Source: a virus
Taxonomy: Duplodnaviria; Caudoviricetes
IMG/VR virus record: IMGVR_UViG_3300022879_000005
Coordinates: 1-51,089 of that record
DNA length: 51,089 nt
Direction: 5' to 3' (one strand)
Each line of letters opens with the position of its first letter. Position 1 is the first letter of the stretch. Below the pieces are notes generated by a model. It did no database searches and had not been told where the DNA came from. It was given only the letters and a program-made list of their open reading frames with translations. Shown here one piece after another: positions 33,965 to 42,800 of this stretch. Made by a program: the position numbers and the translations under genes.

Positions 33965-36281
33965 GGCTCACCCCAAAAATGGAATCCAGCAAGGCTGTGT
34001 TGCTCATGGCCTTTTCGAAGGCCTTTTCATCGCGCAGCGCCTTGAACACCTGGTCAAAGGCAGCGTTGATGCGGGTACGTTCTTCGCCCTCGGGATAGGG
34101 CTTGAAGGGGGCGCCCAGCTCGGGCATGTAGTGGTGCTTGTTGTCGGCCAGGCTGCTCAGGTAATCGTTTTTACGGCCCATTTCGGCCAGGCGGTCTTCT
34201 AGGTAGCTCTGGAACGCACGGGCGGCCATTTCAAAGGGTTCTGACCAGTATTTGCCCACCACCCCGTCATCGAGCTGCTGCGCCTCCAGGTAGAAGTTCG
34301 AGACGCTGGCGCCCGACTTCACCTGCACCTCTGTGGCGCCAGCTGGTGAGTAGTAAGCCGCGGCCATTTCGCGCCACTGCTTCTTCTGCTTGAGGTAGGG
34401 CTTGGACTGCAGGTTCTTGTACACCGCGTCGACCGCCAGCACGGCGTCGTGCACGTTGCCGGCGTTCTTGATATCCAGGGCCACCCCGCGCAGGGTTCGG
34501 CCGTCCAAGTTGAACTGAGCTTTCTCCAGAGTCCGGGGCGGTAGCTTGATCGTTTCCACCAGGCGCACGCCGCCGGTGGTCAGGGTGTCCTTGAGCGCCT
34601 TGAAGGCTTCTCGAATCGCACCTGGTGGCATCAGGTCAGGGTTTGCACTGGCGTACTCGTTGAACTCCCCTTCTTCGCCACGCAGGACGCCCGGCAGGAT
34701 GTTGTCCAGGGCGTGGTAATGCTCATGCCCCAGCGCGCCGCCGCCGTTCATCTTGGTCATGTTGATAACGCGCTCGATGGGCTCGTAGTGCGCCATCGCA
34801 GCGCCCTTCCCGCCCACGCCCCGGGCACCGAACGCCATGGCCAGGCGCCCGCCGAAGCTCAGGTGGTTTTCATCAATGCCCAGCACGTCGGCCATGTCTT
34901 GCATGGCGCCTGCAGTCTGCTCGACGTGCCATTTGGCGCTCACGAAGTCGCCCAGTACCCAGTTGCCAGACTGCACGGCCCGGAAGCCACACAGGCGCTC
35001 CAGGTCCTTGGTGGAAGCCACAGCGACCGGCCGGCCGCCCACCCGCTCGAAGTTCTCCACCACCTTGAGCGTGAAGCTGATCTTTTTCTTGCTGGCGCGT
35101 TTGGGGGCGGCCTTTTCCTTGGTGGTCCACTCCCAGGAAGCGGGCTCCCCGTTCTTGGCGTTGGCCACATGGCCGGCGAAGCTGTCCGAGCCCTCACCCG
35201 TGCGCCGGTTGCGGTACAGGGTGGCTTTGATGAACCGCTCGCCCAGGGCCTGCCAGGCCTTCGACTCAGTGGTCTGCAGGTTGCGGGCCTTGGCCACGTC
35301 GACGATATCGGACATGTCGGCCGACGTAGTGCTGCGCTGCCGGCGGATTGACTCGTCTTCTTCCTTGGTGGCGGCGATTTCATCGCCCCACGCCTTCTGC
35401 GCCGCGTCATAGGCTACCCGGGCGTCGGTTACGGCCTGCTCATGGGCGGGCTCGATCTTCCAGCCCCGGCGGGTCCGGCCGGCCAGCGCATGTTCGGCGG
35501 TGCTGTACGCGCCGTATGCGGTCTGCATTGCGTCATACAGCACCTGGCGGCCATCGCTGATAGCCCGGGCACGGGCTCGCAACTCTTCAAGCTGGGCGTT
35601 CAGGGCGCGGTATTTATCGGATTCGTCAGCATTGAGGCGGGTACCCAGCAGCTCTTCCCCGATTTCCGTCAGGGTGCTGGTGACATCGGCGACGGTTTTG
35701 GCGCTCTCCAGGCGTGTACGGATAGTTTCAATGCCCAGGGCATAGCTCTGGCGCGCCTCGGGACTGTTCTCGCCTGGCATGGCGCCAATGGAGGCGTACA
35801 CGCGGTCAATCAGGTAGCCGGCCTGTGGCTGCATGCCGCCGGCCTGCAGGGCCTCCCAATCGACCTGGCCGAATAGGTTGGATTTCTTGATCAGCTCGCG
35901 CGCCTGGCGGGGGTTTTCCTCAATGGCCTTAAAGTCGATATCGCTGATGCGCAGCAGCTGGCCAGCGTCTCGGGCTGCCTTGATCGATGCGGCGGCCTGC
36001 TCCTTTCGGGATCCGGAGATATAGCCGGTGTCCTTGTAACGGTAGTTTTCGCTGTTCGGGTCATCGCTCAGGCCGTCATCGGCCGCGGCCTGGGCCGCTT
36101 GCTCGGCATCGATCGCCGCGGGCGCCTGGCGCACCACACCGCCTAGCTGGGTATACAGCGCCAGCGCCTCGGTGGTCACGCGGGCTTGTTGGATGGGGTT
36201 TAACGCACCGGATTGCAGTTGGCCACGCAGCTCAAGCAGCTTGGTAGTCAATCGGGCTTGTTCGAGGGGATTTAGAGCCAT
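33957..36281 (-). CDS. polyvalent protein: duplicated leader + LPD1 / zincin-like domain
   Basis: GFRAVQSGNWV, LAMAFGARG, AHYEP, GGGALGHEHYHALD (HExxH), YW...EM.ARAF..Y and PYPEGEER..IN.AF. Confidence 0.85.
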   Translation of the reverse strand: MALNPLEQARLTTKLLELRGQLQSGALNPIQQARVTTEALALYTQLGGVVRQAPAAIDAEQAAQAAADDGLSDDPNSENYRYKDTGYISGSRKEQAAASIKAARDAGQLLRISDIDFKAIEENPRQARELIKKSNLFGQVDWEALQAGGMQPQAGYLIDRVYASIGAMPGENSPEARQSYALGIETIRTRLESAKTVADVTSTLTEIGEELLGTRLNADESDKYRALNAQLEELRARARAISDGRQVLYDAMQTAYGAYSTAEHALAGRTRRGWKIEPAHEQAVTDARVAYDAAQKAWGDEIAATKEEDESIRRQRSTTSADMSDIVDVAKARNLQTTESKAWQALGERFIKATLYRNRRTGEGSDSFAGHVANAKNGEPASWEWTTKEKAAPKRASKKKISFTLKVVENFERVGGRPVAVASTKDLERLCGFRAVQSGNWVLGDFVSAKWHVEQTAGAMQDMADVLGIDENHLSFGGRLAMAFGARGVGGKGAAMAHYEPIERVINMTKMNGGGALGHEHYHALDNILPGVLRGEEGEFNEYASANPDLMPPGAIREAFKALKDTLTTGGVRLVETIKLPPRTLEKAQFNLDGRTLRGVALDIKNAGNVHDAVLAVDAVYKNLQSKPYLKQKKQWREMAAAYYSPAGATEVQVKSGASVSNFYLEAQQLDDGVVGKYWSEPFEMAARAFQSYLEDRLAEMGRKNDYLSSLADNKHHYMPELGAPFKPYPEGEERTRINAAFDQVFKALRDEKAFEKAMSNTALLDSIFGVSHE

Positions 36282-36313
36282 GAAAAAGGGCCTGCAAATG
36301 AGTGCAAGCCCTT

Positions 36314-36355
36314 ATTTTGAAGCGCTGAAATAGGCGGTTTAGACGGCGCTTTCCG
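36314..36355 (-). promoter_or_regulatory. late promoter 4 (CGGAAAG-N29-CAAAAT)
   Basis: Fixed spacing. Confidence 0.75.
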
Positions 36356-36725
36356 CCGCTGGCGCTGGTGCCGGCGGGAAGTCGTCGACGCGATCGGACA
36401 GCACGTTGCCCACCAGGCTCATGCCGCTCAGCTGGATTTCCAGGCGCTGGCGTTCCAGCGAGTTCAGGCCGCGGAATCGCTCGGTACCGACGAAAGCAGT
36501 CAACTTGGTAACGCGGTCATCGTTCTGGGCCTTCTCGGCCACCACACGGCGCTCATGCGGCGCCAGATGACCGGTGTGGCCCATGGCGATATACGAGGCC
36601 TCAAACGCGGCTTTGTCGCGCCAGGTGACGTTGCCCTGGTCATCCTTGACGGAGTAGCCAGGCTGGCCGTCTTGCTCACTGGACCAGGCGGTAACGAGCT
36701 GGGTGGTAACGTATTCTTGAGTCAT
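36339..36725 (-). CDS. crAss001_48-related helical hairpin fused to a GY.V....W..K..FE..Y domain; candidate anti-defence sponge
   Basis: HERRVVAEK.Q...RV.KL.AF....F..L...ER..L..QL..M....VL..R. Confidence 0.7.
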   Translation of the reverse strand: MTQEYVTTQLVTAWSSEQDGQPGYSVKDDQGNVTWRDKAAFEASYIAMGHTGHLAPHERRVVAEKAQNDDRVTKLTAFVGTERFRGLNSLERQRLEIQLSGMSLVGNVLSDRVDDFPPAPAPAAESAV

Positions 36726-36761
36726 GGCTTCATTTCCAGGTAATGGGTTGTCCGTGCCGGT

Positions 36762-36803
36762 AGTTTGCAGGTGCTGAAACGCCCTACTCCGCCGGGGTTT
36801 CCG
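36762..36803 (-). promoter_or_regulatory. late promoter 5 (CGGAAAC-N29-CAAACT)
   Basis: Fixed spacing. Confidence 0.7.
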
Positions 36804-37473
36804 CGTGGCGCACGAACACATAGCTGCGCATGAACTGCTCGATGGTCATAAGCGCGGTTTGATCGCCACCCACCTGCTCGATTTCGATATCGATCCCGGT
36901 AAGGGCTGCCTTGTCGTGCACATCAAACGATGCAAGGGACCACTCAAGACGGTGGTGCGGGAGCTCAAAGCGCTCGGTGAAAATGTCGCCCTTCTTCCAG
37001 TTGATCGGCTTGGCCATGTCCAGCTTCTGCACCTTGGGCGGCGCAGGCTTCTGCACCGGCGCCGGCTCGGGCTCAGACGCGGGATCTGGCGCCCGCTGAG
37101 GGTCTTGGGCGATGAAGGCCACGGGTGTCAGGCGCTGCTCTTGAGCGAGTGGCTCGGGCGCGCAAGTCTCCAGCGGCACGGGGTCATTCATCAGGAGCGC
37201 CAGCTCGGGGCTGGCCAGCAGCTCGCCGAACGACTGGATAGACACGCGCTCGCACTCGGGCAGCTGGTCGAAGTACTCCTGCTGGCCAATCGGCTCGACT
37301 TCCACGCAGTCAATCCCGATCGGCACCAGCGCTTCGCGCAACTGCGCCAGCAGCACAGGGCGCGCGGCACCGGTCACAACCAGCACCCTGCGCGCCTGGG
37401 CGGCGTGTTGCTCGATCCGGGTCAGTTCCTGCACCACGCCCGCTACGCCCATGCTTTCCACCTGTCCGCTCAT
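36784..37473 (-). CDS. hypothetical protein
   Basis: ATG at 37473 after AGGGA; family A-like repeats upstream. Confidence 0.7.
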   Translation of the reverse strand: MSGQVESMGVAGVVQELTRIEQHAAQARRVLVVTGAARPVLLAQLREALVPIGIDCVEVEPIGQQEYFDQLPECERVSIQSFGELLASPELALLMNDPVPLETCAPEPLAQEQRLTPVAFIAQDPQRAPDPASEPEPAPVQKPAPPKVQKLDMAKPINWKKGDIFTERFELPHHRLEWSLASFDVHDKAALTGIDIEIEQVGGDQTALMTIEQFMRSYVFVRHAETPAE

Positions 37474-37606
37474 TACCCGATTCCCTAAAGTTGGTTGAAG
37501 CAAAATTATTGCGCGCGTTGGAGGGTTCGCGCGTTGGCACCTTTGCGCCTTTAACCCACAAAAAAGCCCGCGATCGGCGGGCTTCGTTTGGCGCTGTGGG
37601 TGCGCC

Positions 37607-38044
37607 CTATGCGGCACGCTTGAGGCGGCGCGATACGGTACCGTCCTTGTTCAGGGTGGCCTGGTAGGCCTCAACCTGGCGGGCGATCGCCAGCAGCTCG
37701 GTACCGTCGAATGCCATTTCTACGCGGGAGGTCGTCACCAGGTAACCGACCATAGGCCTCTCATGCCGACGGTTGTAGCCGTGCACACGGATGCGGTGGC
37801 CTTCCAGCTCGATGGCGTCGATAACGCTGGCCACCTTCTTGTAGCCGTCCCGGAACCACATCATGTCGCCCACCTGCAGCTCAGTGGCCGGGCGGGTCAG
37901 CAGGGTGATCATGTGCTTGCGGGCGGCCATGCCCCGGCGCGTCAGCTTCACGCCGGTGTGCTTGCAGGCGTAGCAACGGGCTGCAGTGCCCTTGCAGTAC
38001 GCGCAGGTTTTCACTTCAAAGTCAGGGGTATACGGGTTGCTCAT
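37607..38044 (-). CDS. zinc-finger protein (CxxCxG...CxxC)
   Basis: CAYCKGT...CYACKHTG; promoter TTTACG-17-TAGTAT upstream. Confidence 0.75.
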   Translation of the reverse strand: MSNPYTPDFEVKTCAYCKGTAARCYACKHTGVKLTRRGMAARKHMITLLTRPATELQVGDMMWFRDGYKKVASVIDAIELEGHRIRVHGYNRRHERPMVGYLVTTSRVEMAFDGTELLAIARQVEAYQATLNKDGTVSRRLKRAA

Positions 38045-38199
38045 GGTTACTTTCTCTGGCTGAGGTTTGTCCTTGAGCGTCAGATACTACTGGCCACTTG
38101 CAGTCACGTAAACCTGTTTTCGCGCGTTCGCGCTTTCGTGCCTACGCGCTTTGGCGCCTTTTGAATCACAAAAAAACCCGCAACGTGGCGGGCGGCGCG

Positions 38200-38390
38200 G
38201 GCTAGCTTATGAGTAGCTTGCAGATACTTTCAGCTACTCACAGCTACTCGGTAGCTAGCTAACAGCTACCTGCAAGTAGCTCGTTGGTAGCTTTAGGTAC
38301 TTGGTGGATACCTGCCAGTATCTTGCAAGTACCCTGTGGCTACCAGGCGAGTATCTGTCCGGTAGCTCTGGGTACTGCTGAGTATCCAGC
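38200..38390. repeat. degenerate repeat array, roughly 10-11-bp period (GTAGC/GCTAC/GATAC/GTATC cores); parC-like site downstream of par
   Basis: More than 15 related cores; non-coding; sits between terminators. Confidence 0.75.
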
Positions 38391-38440
38391 GGGCATAGAA
38401 AAGCCCGCACGGGGCGGGCCTTTCAACGCAAGGGTGGGCC

Positions 38441-38884
38441 TTACTTTTTCTTGGCGTCGCGTTCTTCCAGCGCATCCATGGCGATGGACAGCAGGTCGCT
38501 CAGCATGCGAATACCGCGATCCTCCGCCATCTTGTAGAAGCGCTCTGCTTCGGCCTCGGGCGCCTTGATGTTCAGCTGCACCCTGGGCGCAGCGGCGCCG
38601 AATCGACGGCGCTTCTTCGCTGGTTTCGCCGCGGGCTCAGCGGCTGCAGCTGGTGCTGGTGCTGGCGCTGGTGCTGGTCGGGCGTCACGGGAGTGGAAAC
38701 CGTTCGCTTCCGCCAGCTGGTCGATAGCACTCTGTGGCAGGCTTGCCACGGGGCCTTGCTCGTTCTCGGCTTTGGGCTTGAACCTGCCAAGGTGGGCAAA
38801 GGGGCTCACCACCTCAGCCGTGTGCTTGGGTTCATCCGCGGCGGACTGATTGTCTGCTTGGGAAGTTCGTTCTGGTTCGCTCAT
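38441..38884 (-). CDS. partition centromere-binding protein (ParG/StbB-like RHH)
   Basis: Coupled to parA; LAE.NGF.SR; C-terminal QLNIKA......FY..A......L..LL..A..ALE. Confidence 0.8.
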   Translation of the reverse strand: MSEPERTSQADNQSAADEPKHTAEVVSPFAHLGRFKPKAENEQGPVASLPQSAIDQLAEANGFHSRDARPAPAPAPAPAAAAEPAAKPAKKRRRFGAAAPRVQLNIKAPEAEAERFYKMAEDRGIRMLSDLLSIAMDALEERDAKKK

Positions 38885-39576
38885 GCGGCAGCCTCTGTAA
38901 TTTCATTGAGTCGGACAACAACCTCTGCCGCGAAGGCTTCGGCGTTCTCGATCGCGTTGGGGATACCTGGCACTTCTGCCGGGTCCAGCTGCTCAAGTGG
39001 GCACTTGAACTTGAACATGGCCTTGAAAGCGTCCCGGTCCTTCAATTCGACCTCGAACAGCGGTAGCTCAGCTTCTTCCAGGTCTTCACGCAGGCCGCGC
39101 GTAATACGAGTTTCGTAGGCAGCGGCGGTGCGGGTCAGCAGGATTGCGTACGGCAGCTTGTAGTCGGGTTTGAAGCGCTGAATGGCCATTTCCTGGTCAG
39201 TAACCAACTTGATCGCCTTGCCGGCCTCGTCAGCATCCAGATGCGAGCCCTGCATAGGGATAATCACGTAGTCGGTGTACTGCAGCGCGTTTACGACGAT
39301 CTTGGCGGCCGTGCCTTCCAGGTCCACAAGCACGAACGGGTAAACCTTGGCTGCCTGCCGGATGGTATCCGCAATGTTGTTTTCGTTGACGTCTGGAATG
39401 ACCACCAGGCCGGCGGGGCACTTTCCGGCCGCTGCCCAGTTTTTCAACGGGGTATTCGGGTCAGCGTCAAGCAGCGCAACGTCAGCACCTTGCTTAACCA
39501 GCTGCAGCGCCAGGTTGAGCATGGTGGTGGTTTTGCCGGCGCCACCTTTCGGGCTGACTGCGGAAATAGTAGGCAT
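38881..39576 (-). CDS. parA: ParA Walker-type partition ATPase (type Ib)
   Basis: KGGAGKTT, LDADPN, VLVDLEG; no N-terminal HTH. Confidence 0.95.
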   Translation of the reverse strand: MPTISAVSPKGGAGKTTTMLNLALQLVKQGADVALLDADPNTPLKNWAAAGKCPAGLVVIPDVNENNIADTIRQAAKVYPFVLVDLEGTAAKIVVNALQYTDYVIIPMQGSHLDADEAGKAIKLVTDQEMAIQRFKPDYKLPYAILLTRTAAAYETRITRGLREDLEEAELPLFEVELKDRDAFKAMFKFKCPLEQLDPAEVPGIPNAIENAEAFAAEVVVRLNEITEAAA

Positions 39577-39579
39577 TCG

Positions 39580-39840
39580 GGGTATCTCCTGATAGTTACA
39601 AGTATCTGGCTGGTAGTTGTAAGTAGCTGAGAGTAGCTACAGATAGCCAAAATATCACGCTAGCTTGAGCTATCAAATAGATACCTACCGGTAGTTAAAG
39701 CTATTTCTCAGGTATCTGATGGATACTTAAAGATAGCTTTGGATAGCCTTTTGGTAGCTATCCGGTTTCTTTGAGTATCTTCCAGATAGCTGGAGGATAC
39801 CTCTAGGTATCTACAAGCTACCTATGGGTAGCTAATAAGC
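39580..39840. repeat. second parC-like repeat array over the parA promoter region
   Basis: Same GTAGC/GATAC/GATAG cores; AT-rich. Confidence 0.75.
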
Positions 39841-39844
39841 ACAG

Positions 39845-39867
39845 AAAAGCCCGCAAAAGCGGGCTTT
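39845..39867. terminator. intrinsic terminator
   Basis: AAAGCCCGC-AAAA-GCGGGCTTT. Confidence 0.8.
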
Positions 39868-39890
39868 ATGGTGTTAGCAGGGTAGGGCGC

Positions 39891-42800
39891 TTAGAGCGCT
39901 TCTGCCGTCACGCGCAGGGCGTAATCGCGGTAGGCGTTGGAAGCCTCGGCGAACAGGTCTTTCAGTTCAGCTTCGCCCCATTGGGCATAGATGGCTTCGA
40001 GTCGCGTCAGTACCTCGGCAGGGGTGCCCAGGTCGGCGGTACCTTCAATCAGGCTATCGAGAAACGCCTTCGCTGCTTTCAATTGATCATCCTCGTCTGG
40101 CTCCGGGGGTGTCGGTTGTGGGGCAGCGGCTGGCGCCGGTGCAGGGGCTGCGAACATATCCCCTTGGTCGATCGCAAACAAGCCCTCGCCGTACTCCTGC
40201 TCCAGCTTGCGGTTGGCCGCCCCCACGATATCGGTGAAGCTGGCCGGCGCATCGCCGAACAAGCCTGCAGTCTGCTTGCGGGCGTTCTCGCTCTCCACGA
40301 ACTGCGCCATGGCCTTGAACGCTGTACCCATGCGCTTGGCGCTGCGGTTGTTCTGGTGGATGAACATGGCCATGGCCGCGACGGCAGGATCGGTACCGCC
40401 GAACATGTCGCCCTGGCGCAGGAACTCGTCCAGGCCCAGCCCTGCGTCCTTCGCCTGGCGCAGCACGTTGGTCGCGCCAATGATGGCGTTCACCGCCTCC
40501 TGGTTCAGGGACAGCTCCACGGAGTCGGTGACCTTGCCGCCGGCTTCCTCGGTGCCTACCAGGTCGTGTTCCTTGGCACGCATGAAGTCTGGCGCTGCGC
40601 TGTTGAGCGCGGCCACGATGTTGGCAATCTCTGGCTTGGCCACGTCGGCCGTCATTTCCAGCAGGCGATCGTCGGAGTAGGCGCCAGCGAACAGCGCGGC
40701 CTGCAGGCGGCTGATCAGGCTGCTGGTGGGCTTGCCGTCAGTGGTCAGGTACTGCGCTGCCTCAGCATCGCCCAGGGACTGCAGGAATGCCGCCACAAAG
40801 TCACGGTTGGCCGCGCTGTTGAGGTCACCGTCTGCCAGCTTGGCCAGCATGGCGGCGTCCAGGCGCCGGGCATCGCTGCGGGCCTTCTCGGTGGCGGTCT
40901 GCGCCAGCTTATCGTCCTGGTTGGCTTCCACAGCGAACGCCACGCGGTCTACGGCGGTTTTACGCACCCGCACCAGCACCGGCGCTTTCAGGCGTTCGAT
41001 CTTGGCCGCGTCGACGCCGAAGTACTCCGCGTTTTCCACCAGCCATTCGCGGTACTCGTCAGCCGCACCAATGCGGTAGGCCTCACGAATGGCCATGGCG
41101 CGGCCGTTGCCCGATTCCACCACGCGGTCAGCACCGACGATGGGGGCGCCACTGTCCGCGCGCTGGGTGCGCCCCAGGCTGTCAGGGTCAAGGTTGCGGG
41201 CGGTCTTCTGCACCCAGGCCTGCGACGTGCTGCGGGCGCGGTCGCGCGGCTGAATCTCAGCGGGGTAGTCCGGGTTCGTGGTGCCGTCCGTCTCGTGGCT
41301 GATTACCAGGTTGCTGGCATCAATGATCTTGAAGCCGGTGACCAGCTTCGTGCCCTTGGCGGTCTTGACCGTGTTGTCCCGGCCCTCTGGGGAGATTTCG
41401 CCGGTGTCGTCATCTGCCGGGGGAATAGGCTCCACTGCAGCGGCACGCATGTCGGCGATATTTTCGGCGCCGGAGGCAATGACGCGCTCAGCGATCGCCA
41501 CCCCGTGTTCCTTACTGGCGGCGGTGGCCACGTCAGTGCTGGCCCAGGAAACGCCCCATTCGCCTGTATCCACATGCTTTGTCTTGGCCACGGTTACCGG
41601 CCCAGCTGGTCCTTGGAGCACGACAGGCGATTCATCCGGGGCATTGCGCAGGGCGGCCTCTGCAGCTGCCTGGGCCCGCTCTTCCAGGTGCGCCGCCAGC
41701 ATGGCTTCCTCTTCCGGGGTCTGTGGCGCCACTGCAGATGCTGCGTGCACCGCGGCCGCGGCTTCCTGGGCGGTCTTACCCTCGGAATGCAGCTTACCCA
41801 ACAGCTCTGTATGGGGCATGGCGATAGCGTCAGCGTCACCACGGCCAATGTCCAGCAGCGCAGCCAGCGCATCGAGCACGTCACCTTCCCATTCCTGGTA
41901 CGGGCGCAGGCCGGCCTGCTGGCGCGCCTGCTGGATGGCAGCGCGGAACTCGGTATTGATCTTGGCCGCCATGTCGCTGGCGCTCATTCCAGGTTCATCG
42001 GCCCACACCTGGTTGCTGCCGGTATCCTTCCAGGTAAGCGCGCCCTGGTCGCCGCCCTGGCGCAGCTGGTAGTGCGAGCCGTCCAGCGCCAGGCCTAAGA
42101 ACAAGCCGTCTACGGTCCAGCCAAGCCCGGCCAGCGCCTGCTTGACGGCCTGGCTGCGGGACTCACCCTCAGCGCCAGCTGGCTCAGCTGCAGCGGTGGC
42201 GATATAGAACTCGCCTTTGACCTTCCTGTAGTTGAAGTTCACATGCTTGCCCGCCTTGGCGGTTGCAATGGCCTTCTGCGCGTCCGCCACAGCACCGTGC
42301 GCCGATACCAGGTGCAACTTGCCATCCTCGCCATAGCCCACCACAGCGGCCTGGTAGGCGTTTTTGGTGGTACGGGTGGCGGTATCACCATTGGGCATGG
42401 TGACGGTCATTTTCGAGCCCTTGAACGTGATCACGGGCTTGTCACTGGCAGGTGCTGCAGCAGGCTGCGGTTTCGGCGTCTGCGAAGGATCTGCCTTTGC
42501 GGCCGTCAGCTGGGCGGTCAGATCCTCGATCTGCTTATCCAGGCTGGCCAGCTCGTCGATTTTCGCGACTTCGGCCGCCTTCAAGGCCTCGACCTGGGCG
42601 TCACGCTCGGCCTTGTTGGTGTTGGCCTGGATAAACTTGGCGCTGTTCTTCTCCACCAGTTTCATGATCCGCCGTGCGACTTCTCGCGGGTTCAGGTCCT
42701 GGCCCTTTTCCGGCGCCACGGTAATGGTGATGTCTTTTTTGTTCAGTACCCACTTCCAGCTCACCATTTCATCGGTGGGGGTCAGCTTGTTCGGTGTGGT

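Noticed and set aside
38648-38678. (GCTGGT)n microsatellite
   Set aside because: Simply encodes a Pro-Ala linker in the partition protein; in-frame 6-bp units.
38200-39840. Repeat arrays read as CRISPR or replication iterons
   Set aside because: Units are short and degenerate with no unique spacers, and they flank par genes rather than a rep gene.
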